A stretch of DNA of 64,000 nucleotides from Candidatus Paceibacter sp. (GTDB taxonomy: Bacteria > Patescibacteriota > Patescibacteriia > S139-126): assembly GCA_020724865.1 (NCBI GenBank), contig DYGA01000003.1:63901-127900 (forward strand), given 5' to 3'. Position 1 is the first letter of the stretch. Each line of letters opens with the position of its first letter. The translations under genes and the position numbers were made by a program. This document shows, piece after piece, positions 8,814-17,214 of the stretch. The notes beneath the pieces were generated by a model, which searched no databases, was not told the DNA's origin, and was given only the letters and a program-made list of their open reading frames with translations.

Positions 8814-8900
8814 ATGTTGACAGATTAAAAATACTGGTTTAATTTAAATAATATTCTACCTTAACAATTTAATATTCATCAATTTATCAGGAGGTTCTAA

Positions 8901-9380
8901 ATGAACAAAAAAAAATTAATTCCGTCTGTCTCGATCGAAACAGTTTATAATTTCATTCAGAGGAAAACTCCCTGCTGCCAGTTGGAAAACGGGCAAATCA
9001 AGTGTTCGGCTTCTTTTAGCCATCACCGGTATTGTTATGATGTATTTATAAAAAATCATCAGCAAGATTTTTCAATCATCTTTATGGACGGGGAAAAGAT
9101 AAAAACTTCAGCTGAAATATTGGCTGAAGCAGGAATTTTTTTTGCAGATTTAATTTCAGCAAACAATATTATCCAAAACTCAAACTGTGTTCAAGTGAAA
9201 GTTCCGGCACAATTCATTTTATCTGTTATTGAAAAATTAAATATATATCGTCCTCAAAATGACGAAACGATTTTGTTGCCAGAAGATTTTACTGATTTTT
9301 CTCAAGATAAAAAATTGATTAATAAAAAATGTTTAGAACTGGATGATGATTTTGATGAAGATTATAATATAGTATTATAG
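8901..9380 (+). CDS. Hypothetical protein (159 aa, Cys/His-containing N-terminal half, acidic C-terminus)
   Basis: Strong SD (caGGAGGttctaaATG), a rarity in this window. Local GC is higher than the surroundings. No recognisable family. Confidence 0.5.
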   Translation: MNKKKLIPSVSIETVYNFIQRKTPCCQLENGQIKCSASFSHHRYCYDVFIKNHQQDFSIIFMDGEKIKTSAEILAEAGIFFADLISANNIIQNSNCVQVKVPAQFILSVIEKLNIYRPQNDETILLPEDFTDFSQDKKLINKKCLELDDDFDEDYNIVL

Positions 9381-9382
9381 TA

Positions 9383-9410
9383 AAAATCCCGCAAAAATTT
9401 GCGGGATTAA
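9383..9410 (+). terminator. Hairpin terminator (aaatcccgc ... gcgggatt)
   Basis: GC-rich inverted repeat 3 nt after the stop of the 8901 gene. The T-run is weak. Confidence 0.45.
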
Positions 9411-9476
9411 TATTGAAGCATATTTGAAAATATAAATTTTTAAAATTAATTTTTTTTAACAAAAAAAGGAGTAGAA

Positions 9477-9737
9477 ATGACGCATATTAAATTTATAGCA
9501 GAAAACGGGGACCAATATATATTTATTGGTAAAAATAAAAAGGCCATACTAGATGATACTAAAGGTGGAACTGAATTTGGTGGCGAAAAATTCATAGATA
9601 CAAAAGAAGTATCTTTAAAGGAAGTTATTCATTTAAAAAATTATAACAAAGCCGCAGCGGCAATTATTTCCGGATCACCATGTTATCTGATAACTATTAT
9701 TTCTTCAAAAAATAAAAAACAAAGCGACTCAAATTGA
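9477..9737 (+). CDS. Hypothetical small protein (86 aa)
   Basis: Strong SD aaaAGGAGtagaaATG. The gene ends inside a strong terminator hairpin. Confidence 0.45.
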   Translation: MTHIKFIAENGDQYIFIGKNKKAILDDTKGGTEFGGEKFIDTKEVSLKEVIHLKNYNKAAAAIISGSPCYLITIISSKNKKQSDSN

Positions 9738-9750
9738 GTCGCTTTTATTT
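9721..9750 (+). terminator. Rho-independent terminator (gcgactc-aaatt-gagtcgc plus TTTTATTT)
   Basis: 7-bp GC-rich stem followed by a T-run. The stop codon of the 9477 gene lies in the loop. Confidence 0.7.
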
Positions 9751-9825
9751 ATTGCCAAATAAATAGTATTATGTCAAGATATTGGAAAAGTTATTTAAAA
9801 TTATATAATAAAAAGGAGGACAAAT

Positions 9826-10743
9826 ATGCAAATTAATTCACGAAAAAAATGTGAGATCGTTGACATAATCACCCCGAAAAAGATTGTTTTAAATGGTCTT
9901 TGGTTTGGCCCTATTCAAGCTAAGGTGGGTTTTATCTTTATCCCCGGTTTAGGTGGTAATGTATTTTCTAAATTGGATTTGTTAGCTTGGTTAGCTGGTT
10001 CCCATTTCTCAGTTTTAAGTTTAAATACCAGGGGGCATGATAAGGTTGCAAAAATACAAAAGATAGATAAACGTACTATGAAAGGTTATTACTCCATCAA
10101 TGGGGGTAGTGCTCATGAAGTTTTTACCGAATCTAAAGATGATATAGCTGGGGCAGTCAAATTTTTGCTATCCAGAAAAATAAAGAACATTTATCTAATC
10201 GGTCATTCTACTGGATGTCAGAAATCAGTTTATTATTTAGCTAAAGGAAAATTTAAAGAAAAGGTTCAAGGAGCAATTTTGCTTTGTCCGATAAGTGATT
10301 ATGCATCCGCTGTCCAGGAATATGGAAAAAAGAAATTAAAGAAAGTTGCCAGTATTGCGCGGCAAATGATCAGGACAGGCAGGGGTCACAATATTTTGCC
10401 TTTAAATTTATGGCCTGGTTATGTTGATGCCCAAAGGTTTTTAAGTTTATATACATCAAATAGTCCTGAAGAAATTTTTTCTTATATTACCCCAGATAAA
10501 AAGCCTTATACTTTATTGAAAGTAAAACAACCATTGTTGATTATTTTAGCTGGACAAGATCAATATCAAGATCGTCCAGCCAAACAAATTGCCAACTGGT
10601 TTGATAAATATATTAATCATCCCAGAAGTCAAATTAAAATTTTTACCAAAGCTAATCATTCCTTGGTAGGTTATGAAAAATTAATTGCTAAATTAAGTCA
10701 TTATTGGATTCAAAAAGGAGGGAGAAATGTCAAAAATAAATAA
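9826..10743 (+). CDS. Alpha/beta-hydrolase (serine hydrolase, GHSTG nucleophile elbow)
   Basis: Strong SD aaAGGAGGacaaatATG. Motifs FIPGLGG (oxyanion), LIGHSTGCQ (nucleophile elbow) and a C-terminal ANHSL His motif. Confidence 0.65.
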   Translation: MQINSRKKCEIVDIITPKKIVLNGLWFGPIQAKVGFIFIPGLGGNVFSKLDLLAWLAGSHFSVLSLNTRGHDKVAKIQKIDKRTMKGYYSINGGSAHEVFTESKDDIAGAVKFLLSRKIKNIYLIGHSTGCQKSVYYLAKGKFKEKVQGAILLCPISDYASAVQEYGKKKLKKVASIARQMIRTGRGHNILPLNLWPGYVDAQRFLSLYTSNSPEEIFSYITPDKKPYTLLKVKQPLLIILAGQDQYQDRPAKQIANWFDKYINHPRSQIKIFTKANHSLVGYEKLIAKLSHYWIQKGGRNVKNK

Positions 10744-10861
10744 TCTTAATGAAGGATTGAAAGATTTAGAAATTTGTGATTGTGATTGTCATCGATCCGG
10801 TTTTGATATTAAACATTTTGTTCCATGTTGTAGTGTTTGTTCTTTTTGTAAAAAAGGATAA
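10727..10861 (+). CDS. Cys-rich 44-aa peptide (MSKINNLNEGLKDLEICDCDCHRSGFDIKHFVPCCSVCSFCKKG), a candidate metal-binding or RiPP-like precursor
   Basis: Absent from the ORF track because it is below 60 aa. Strong SD aaaAGGAGGgagaaATG embedded in the 3' end of the hydrolase gene. Seven Cys and two His in 44 aa. Followed by a terminator at 10925-10952. Confidence 0.35.
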   Translation: MSKINNLNEGLKDLEICDCDCHRSGFDIKHFVPCCSVCSFCKKG

Positions 10862-10924
10862 AAGGTGGAGCAGAATCACACGAAGCAAAATGTCCTTCTA
10901 ATCCTAAAAATAAAAATAATAAAA

Positions 10925-10952
10925 AAGCACCTTAAAAAAAAGGTGCTTTTAT
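10925..10952 (+). terminator. Rho-independent terminator (aagcacct-taaaaaaa-aggtgctt plus TTTT)
   Basis: 8-bp stem followed by a T-run. Closes the islet transcription unit. Confidence 0.65.
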
Positions 10953-10992
10953 ATTGATTTTTTTTCTAAAATAAGATAAAATTAAACTAATT

Positions 10993-12609
10993 ATGGCCAA
11001 TGATTTAGATAAAAAAGTTTATACTTTATTTTTACCCCTATTGGAGTTAATTAGGGTTTTTGAACGTACAGCCCAAGTTCAGTTACCACCGGAGGATTCT
11101 CGGGTTAAATTAAACAATGTTGTATCCAAAATATCTTTATTTTATGAAAAATTGAGAAATGCAGTTGATTATGCAGATGAACATTTATTGCGTGAACGAG
11201 CTATTTTACGCAATTTGAAAAGAACAATGACCTTACATAATCGTAAAGGGGAAATAATTGCTAAACCGCTAGTGTATGATTTGATTAGATCTGGTTATTT
11301 GCCGAATGATCAGCTGAATGAGTCAGTTATAATTGAGACTGAAAAAATAATTGATCGTTTTATTATTTTAAATAATTATATTGGCAGTTATAAGGAAAAA
11401 GAAGAAAAGGTAGAAATTTTCAATTTTTTGTTACCACAGTTAGCCATAGAAATTGATGATTTATTAGTCAATAAAGATAGAGATAATGCTTTGGTTGAGT
11501 GTATGTATCAGGTTGTCAAAAAAGATGTGGTAGTTACTGATAACCGATATAGTGATTTAGATAAAAAAATTCAGTTATATATTGCTATTTTGAAATCACT
11601 GATTAAAGCCGATCAGGCAAGAATTGGGTTTTATTTGTGGCAGTTATATGTACCGCATTGGCAACAGGCTCAAGAAAAAGAATTAATATTGATAGCCCAA
11701 AATATATCTGATATTATTTTGAAAATAAAAAGACAACTAGAACATCCGTTAAATAATTTATACATCAGAATTTTACGTAAGTATAATGTCTTATTTCTGG
11801 TCATCAGGGATATCATTAGTGAGTATCCAAATCAGGCTTTGGAAATTTGGAAACAGCCAGCTTTATTGGAAGAAAAAATACGTCAAGCAGCCAAGAAAAG
11901 ATATAAGATTTCGCGCGCTAAACTCACTCGGAGTATAATCAGAAGTATTATTTACCTTTTTATTACCAAAATGATATTGGCTGTTTTATTAGAATTTCCG
12001 TTAGACTTAATGCTAGAGAAAAATATTAACTACATGACAATTGCGATCAATGTAATGTTTCCGCCCTTGTTAATGTTTGTAATTGGTTTATTCATTAGAG
12101 TGCCAGGTATTAAAAATACCGATAAAATTGTTCAAGGTATCAAAGAAATTTCTTACCAGTTTGAAGAAAGAAATGTGATTAGAAAAATAAAAAAACCACT
12201 TAAACGTTCGGTGCTGATGACTAGAACATTCAAAATAATTTATAGCATTATATTTTTCTTTACTTTCAGTTTAATCATATATGGTTTGGATAAACTGGGT
12301 TTTAATTTAGCTAGCATGATTATTTTTATCTTTTTTTTAAGTTTAGTATCATTTTTTTCCATTCGCATATCACAATCAGCCAGAGAATTACATATTATAG
12401 AAAAAAAAGAGAATTTATTTACTTTTATTAAAGATTTTTTTTCTTTACCAATTTTAGAAGCCGGACGCTGGCTGTCCGACAAATTAAATAAAATAAATTT
12501 TTTTGTAGTATTTTTCGATTTTATAATTGAAGCCCCTTTCAAAGTTATAGTTGATTCAATTGAAGAATGGATGGGTTATGTGAGGGAGAAAAAAGAGGAT
12601 ATTTATTAA
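10993..12609 (+). CDS. Hypothetical membrane protein (538 aa): ~330-aa soluble N-terminal domain plus a C-terminal multi-TM region
   Basis: Hydrophobic segments cluster from aa 330 onward. No recognisable family. Confidence 0.5.
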   Translation: MANDLDKKVYTLFLPLLELIRVFERTAQVQLPPEDSRVKLNNVVSKISLFYEKLRNAVDYADEHLLRERAILRNLKRTMTLHNRKGEIIAKPLVYDLIRSGYLPNDQLNESVIIETEKIIDRFIILNNYIGSYKEKEEKVEIFNFLLPQLAIEIDDLLVNKDRDNALVECMYQVVKKDVVVTDNRYSDLDKKIQLYIAILKSLIKADQARIGFYLWQLYVPHWQQAQEKELILIAQNISDIILKIKRQLEHPLNNLYIRILRKYNVLFLVIRDIISEYPNQALEIWKQPALLEEKIRQAAKKRYKISRAKLTRSIIRSIIYLFITKMILAVLLEFPLDLMLEKNINYMTIAINVMFPPLLMFVIGLFIRVPGIKNTDKIVQGIKEISYQFEERNVIRKIKKPLKRSVLMTRTFKIIYSIIFFFTFSLIIYGLDKLGFNLASMIIFIFFLSLVSFFSIRISQSARELHIIEKKENLFTFIKDFFSLPILEAGRWLSDKLNKINFFVVFFDFIIEAPFKVIVDSIEEWMGYVREKKEDIY

Positions 12610-12653
12610 TTTTTAATATAAAATTAAAATTTTTTATCAATTTTACAGCAGGA

Positions 12654-12682
12654 TTGACAAAATCCATTTTTTTTGCTATACT
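12654..12682 (+). promoter_or_regulatory. Consensus sigma70-type promoter (TTGACA, 17-nt spacer, TATACT)
   Basis: TTGACA at 12654-12659, a 17-nt spacer, then TATACT at 12677-12682. A second TATAAT at 12705-12710 lies 10 nt before the ATG of the downstream gene. Confidence 0.55.
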
Positions 12683-12720
12683 TATATGTTTACAAATAAT
12701 TTGCTATAATATATATAGAC

Positions 12721-14097
12721 ATGGATAAAGATAATAAAAAATTAGTCAAAAAGAAAAGAAGTAAAAGTTGGCAATGGTTGTGTGTATTATTTGGCATTGG
12801 ATTATTATTATATCCGCAAAGAAAAAAAATTCAAAAAAAAGTTAAGCAACCAATTAACCGTTTTGCTTTAATTTTAAATGAAGAGTGTAAATATATTCCG
12901 GAAAAAATGGCATCTATGAGAACCCGTATTAAAAATTATTTACAAGATTTTTTTATTCCTTCATCTCGTAACGACCATCAACCTCACGGTCTGTCTACGC
13001 GGTTACTCAAATTTTATGCCGTTATTTTAATATTAATAAAATTGTTGACAGTTGGCTTTTTATTTTTTACATACCCTAGTCCAGCCGTTTTATCACAAAA
13101 AATTTCCCAAGAAATATTTGAATTGACCAATAATTCACGTAAGGCTGAAAATATCAATGAACTAAGTTGGAATACTGAACTTACCAGAGCCGCTCAGGCT
13201 AAAGCTGAAGATATGATAAAAAATAACTATTTTGCTCATATTGGACCTGATGGTAAACAACCTTGGGAATGGATAAATAAAGGCGATTATTATTTTCTCT
13301 ACATGGGAGAAAATTTGGCCATGGATTTTTCTTCGGCCAAGATTGCTCATAGCGCCTTTCAACAGTCTCCCACACATTGGAAAAATATCATGAATCCAAA
13401 ATATAAAGATATGGGAGTGGGTGTGGCAGTAGGTAAAATAAATGATCGAGATACAATAGTTTTGGTAGAATTTTTTGGCGCTCAGAAAGAGTTATCACCA
13501 ATAGTGCCAGTTGCTCAGGCGGCTGTAGATACATCAGTCGCAGCTGCTACAACACCAACTACCAACAACCAAGATATTTTAGTTACTGCACCGATTGCAT
13601 CTGTTGAACAGCCAGTAGTTACTAATACAACTCCAACGGTAGTTAGCCAAGAAGAAATAAACAAGCAAATTTCAGAAACAGCGTTAAAACCAGAAGAAGA
13701 AGTCAAACAAAATAAAGAGGAAAATATTATACCCGAATCTATTCCAGAACCAGAAAAAGTGAATGAAGAATTACAAGCTCCTGTTCCTCAACAGTTGGTT
13801 GCGGAAATAATGATTCCTGAACAAGTTGATATTTCTGATCAAGCCGTTTTAGTATCTAGTATCGAAGAATCAACCCAGAAAAGCTTAGTTGAATATGTAG
13901 TTATTTTTAGTCGTTATGCATTGTTGGTATTTTTAGTTGTTTTATTGGTAATGTTACTGATAAATATTTTAGTCAAACCTCATATTCAACACAGTAAGGT
14001 AATATTACAAACCTTAGGGGTTATTTTACTAGTATCAACATTACTTTTAACCAGATTCCATTTTATTGAAGAAATTCAACATATCCTTATATTTTAA
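12721..14097 (+). CDS. Membrane-anchored CAP/SCP (PR-1-like, YkwD-type) domain protein with a Thr/Pro/Val-rich linker and C-terminal TM helix
   Basis: CAP motifs YFAHIGPDGKQPWEWI...HWKNIMNPKYKDMGVGVA. A low-complexity T/P/V/Q-rich region spans aa 260-330. Hydrophobic helices lie at both ends. Confidence 0.65.
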   Translation: MDKDNKKLVKKKRSKSWQWLCVLFGIGLLLYPQRKKIQKKVKQPINRFALILNEECKYIPEKMASMRTRIKNYLQDFFIPSSRNDHQPHGLSTRLLKFYAVILILIKLLTVGFLFFTYPSPAVLSQKISQEIFELTNNSRKAENINELSWNTELTRAAQAKAEDMIKNNYFAHIGPDGKQPWEWINKGDYYFLYMGENLAMDFSSAKIAHSAFQQSPTHWKNIMNPKYKDMGVGVAVGKINDRDTIVLVEFFGAQKELSPIVPVAQAAVDTSVAAATTPTTNNQDILVTAPIASVEQPVVTNTTPTVVSQEEINKQISETALKPEEEVKQNKEENIIPESIPEPEKVNEELQAPVPQQLVAEIMIPEQVDISDQAVLVSSIEESTQKSLVEYVVIFSRYALLVFLVVLLVMLLINILVKPHIQHSKVILQTLGVILLVSTLLLTRFHFIEEIQHILIF

Positions 14098-14113
14098 GTA
14101 AAAAATTATTATG

Positions 14114-14150
14114 CAAAAAGCCTACTTGACAGTAAAAGTAGGCTTTTTGC
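14114..14150 (+). terminator. Rho-independent terminator (aaaagcctactt-gacagtaa-aagtaggctttt)
   Basis: 12-bp stem followed by a T-run, after the CAP-domain gene. Confidence 0.75.
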
Positions 14151-14206
14151 TTTGCAGGTTAAATTATGTTAAAATATTAATAAATTATTAATTTAAAATA
14201 CATTCT

Positions 14207-15205
14207 ATGATTGGAGAAAAAAACATAATTGTTACTGGAGGAGCGGGGTTTATTGGATCACATTTATGTGATGAATTGGTCAAACAGAAAGCCAATGTGA
14301 TCTGTATAGACAATTTTATTAGCGGAACTAGGGGTAATATTGAATTTTTACTACAGCAACCAAATTTTAGATTTGTCAATCATGACGTTTCTGAACCAAT
14401 TGATTTAGAATCTTTACCAGAATTAAAAAATTTTCATATTGGCGCCAAAGGCATACAGGAAATATATCATTTGGCTTGCCCTATTGCCTATAAAGATTAT
14501 AGTGAACTACCATTGGAAACGATTATTACCAATTCTCATGGGACTAGAAATATGTTGGAGTTAGCTGTTAAATATAAAGCCAAGTTTTTGTTAGCATCAT
14601 CTTCAGCTATTTACGGCGAACCCTTAAAAAATATTAAGTATTTTAAAGAAGATTATTGGGGATATGTAAATACTATTGGAGCGAGAAGTTCTTATAATGA
14701 AGGTAAACGTTTTGCTGAAAGTTTAACTTATAATTATGGTTTATATCATAATCTCAATACTAAAATTATCAGAATATTCCAAACTTATGGTCCACGTATG
14801 AGATTTAATGATGCCCGTATGATTCCCGATATAATTCGGTCTGCTTTAGCAGGTGAAGAGCTTGTAATTTATGGTGAAGAAGGTGTTACTACTTCGTTTA
14901 TGTATATTTCTGACTTGATAGATGGTTTATTGAAAGCCATGGTTGCTGAAGGTAATATTGTAGTAAATATGGGGCACCCTAAAGAAATTATGGTTGAAGA
15001 AGCAGCTCGTATCATCAAAGAATTAACTGAATCAAATTCACAAATTGTTTACCGTGAGTCACCACAATATATTTTAAAACATGGTTTGCCTGATATAACT
15101 AAAGCCAAAGAAATTTTAGGTTGGTTCCCATTGGTTGATTTAAAATCAGGTTTAAGTAAAACAATTGAATATATGAAAGCCCAACAAGGTTTGTTGGGAA
15201 TATAG
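14207..15205 (+). CDS. NAD-dependent sugar-nucleotide epimerase/dehydratase, UDP-glucuronate decarboxylase (UXS)-like
   Basis: Rossmann motif VTGGAGFIGSHL. DNFISGTRGNIE, YNEGKR (YxxxK) and IFQTYGPRMRFNDARMI align with UXS/ArnA-type decarboxylases. Confidence 0.7.
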   Translation: MIGEKNIIVTGGAGFIGSHLCDELVKQKANVICIDNFISGTRGNIEFLLQQPNFRFVNHDVSEPIDLESLPELKNFHIGAKGIQEIYHLACPIAYKDYSELPLETIITNSHGTRNMLELAVKYKAKFLLASSSAIYGEPLKNIKYFKEDYWGYVNTIGARSSYNEGKRFAESLTYNYGLYHNLNTKIIRIFQTYGPRMRFNDARMIPDIIRSALAGEELVIYGEEGVTTSFMYISDLIDGLLKAMVAEGNIVVNMGHPKEIMVEEAARIIKELTESNSQIVYRESPQYILKHGLPDITKAKEILGWFPLVDLKSGLSKTIEYMKAQQGLLGI

Positions 15206-15272
15206 TCCATTGAATATTTCAATTTTTTATGAGTGGATTTTTTTTAAATATATTTTAAATGTATCATAGTAT

Positions 15273-16190
15273 ATGAATATTTTAGTAACCGGTGGCGCAG
15301 GTTTTATTGGTTCGCATTTGGTTGACGAATTGATAAATAAAAAAAATAAAGTAGCTGTCATTGATAATCTTTCTACCGGCAGAAAAGATAATTTATCTAA
15401 GCAGGTTGATTTTTTTAAAATCGATATAGTAGATAAAAAAAATATAGAAAAAATTTTCAATAAATTTAAACCCGATGTTGTTTATCATTTAGCTGCTCAG
15501 AAAGATGTCAGATATTCTGTTAAAAATCCTGACATTGATGCTCAAATCAATATTTTAGGTTCATTAAATTTGATAAAACTATCTCTGAAATATCAGATAA
15601 AGAAATTTATTTTTGTATCCAGTGGTGGGGCCATTTATGATGAAAATGAAAATTTGCCCTTTACTGAAAATTCTAAAGTAAAACCTTTGTCGCCTTACGG
15701 TTTAGCTAAGTATACCATCGATCAGTATTTAGAGATTTTTCAAAACACAAATAATTTTCCCTTTGTTAGTTTAAGATTGGCAAATGTTTATGGTCCCAGG
15801 CAAGATCCATTGGGTGAAGCTGGAGTGGTGGCAATTTTTTTTAATACATTAAAAAATAATAAACAGCCACATTTAAATGGCGGGGGAAAACAAACTAGAG
15901 ATTTTGTCTATGTAAAGGATGTGGTGAATGCTTTATGGCAAGTAAGCCAATTTCCAGTTTTTGGCATTTATAATATTGGCACAGGCATTCCCACCAGTAT
16001 TGCTGAACTATTAAAATTGCAGCAATCTTTATGTGGAACAAATATTGAAGCTATTTTTAGTCCAGCTCAACCCGGTGAAGTAATGAGAAATGCTTTATCT
16101 TATCAAAAAGCCAAAAAAGATTTTTTTTGGCAACCGCAGTATGATTTAACTAAGGGTTTAATTGAGACAGTTAATTGGTTTAAAAATTAA
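15273..16190 (+). CDS. NAD-dependent epimerase (UDP-glucose 4-epimerase GalE-like SDR)
   Basis: VTGGAGFIGSHLVDEL, DNLSTG and the YGLAK catalytic motif. Confidence 0.75.
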   Translation: MNILVTGGAGFIGSHLVDELINKKNKVAVIDNLSTGRKDNLSKQVDFFKIDIVDKKNIEKIFNKFKPDVVYHLAAQKDVRYSVKNPDIDAQINILGSLNLIKLSLKYQIKKFIFVSSGGAIYDENENLPFTENSKVKPLSPYGLAKYTIDQYLEIFQNTNNFPFVSLRLANVYGPRQDPLGEAGVVAIFFNTLKNNKQPHLNGGGKQTRDFVYVKDVVNALWQVSQFPVFGIYNIGTGIPTSIAELLKLQQSLCGTNIEAIFSPAQPGEVMRNALSYQKAKKDFFWQPQYDLTKGLIETVNWFKN

Positions 16191-16195
16191 TTTTT

Positions 16196-16861
16196 ATGAA
16201 AATATATATTGTTATACCCGCATTCAATGAGGCAGATCATATTACTAAAGTTATTACTGATTTGAAAAATCACGGATACGAAAATATAGTCGTTGTTGAT
16301 GACGGATCAACCGATGGAACTTTTGAACTCGCCAAAAAAAATCAAGTGAAAGTTTTGCAGCACGTGGTTAATCGCGGTATGGGAGCAGCTTTACAAACCG
16401 GAAATGATTTTGCTTTAAAACAGGGGGCTGAAGTGATAGTTCATTTTGATGCTGATGGTCAAATGTTGGCTAGTGATATAAAAAATATGGTTGATCCGAT
16501 AATTAACGAAAAAATTGATATTACATTGGGCAGCAGATTTTTAAGTTCTAAAGGTGAAATGCCTTTGTCTAAAAAATATATTATCCATCCTTTAGCCAAA
16601 GTTATAAATTATTTTTTTACTAGGTTATGGTTGTCTGATGTTCACAACGGATTTCGTGCGCTGTCTGCTCAGGCAGCAAAAAAAATTATAATTACCCAAG
16701 ATCGGATGGCTCATAATACAGAAATAGTTGAAAAAATTAAAAAATATCATTTAAAATATCGAGAAGTTCCCGTTACTATTAAATATTATGAATATGGTCA
16801 ATCAATCGGCGGTGGTTTGAAAATATTACGAGATTTATTAATTGGTAAATTAATACGTTAG
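16196..16861 (+). CDS. Family 2 glycosyltransferase (Dpm1/GtrB-like polyprenol-phosphate sugar transferase)
   Basis: IVIPAFNEADHI...VVVDDGSTDGT, the DAD motif, 221 aa. Confidence 0.75.
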   Translation: MKIYIVIPAFNEADHITKVITDLKNHGYENIVVVDDGSTDGTFELAKKNQVKVLQHVVNRGMGAALQTGNDFALKQGAEVIVHFDADGQMLASDIKNMVDPIINEKIDITLGSRFLSSKGEMPLSKKYIIHPLAKVINYFFTRLWLSDVHNGFRALSAQAAKKIIITQDRMAHNTEIVEKIKKYHLKYREVPVTIKYYEYGQSIGGGLKILRDLLIGKLIR

Positions 16862-16863
16862 CT

Positions 16864-17211
16864 ATGAATATAATTCAATACATTTTATTATTGTTAATTA
16901 TTTTTGTAATTCACCGAATCTGGACACGTTGGCATAATCGCGAAATTAGTAGGCGGGAATGGTTAGGTTGGAGCTTATTTTGGTTGGCAGCTGGTATATC
17001 AGTTTTATTGCCCAAAACTACTGATTTAGTTGCAGGTAAATTGGGTTTAGCATCAGGTCGGGGTGTTGATCTTATAGTTTATATTTCAATCCCATTAATT
17101 TTTTATATATTATTTCGCCTCTTAGTTAAAATCGACAATCTGGAACAAAATATTACCAAGATCACCAGACATTTATCTCTTAGGGATAATATTGAAAAAA
17201 AAGAAGAATAA
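16864..17211 (+). CDS. Small 3-TM membrane protein (DUF2304-like GT2 partner)
   Basis: 115 aa with three hydrophobic helices, tightly coupled to the upstream GT2. This arrangement is commonly seen for DUF2304. Confidence 0.4.
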   Translation: MNIIQYILLLLIIFVIHRIWTRWHNREISRREWLGWSLFWLAAGISVLLPKTTDLVAGKLGLASGRGVDLIVYISIPLIFYILFRLLVKIDNLEQNITKITRHLSLRDNIEKKEE

Positions 17212-17214
17212 AAT

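Noticed and set aside
10871-10966. GTG-initiated 31-aa Lys-rich ORF (VEQNHTKQNVLLILKIKIIKKHLKKKVLLY) after the Cys-rich peptide.
   Set aside because: It has a weak start context, a low-complexity translation, and runs through the terminator hairpin. It is probably non-coding 3' UTR, and is mentioned only inside the peptide finding.
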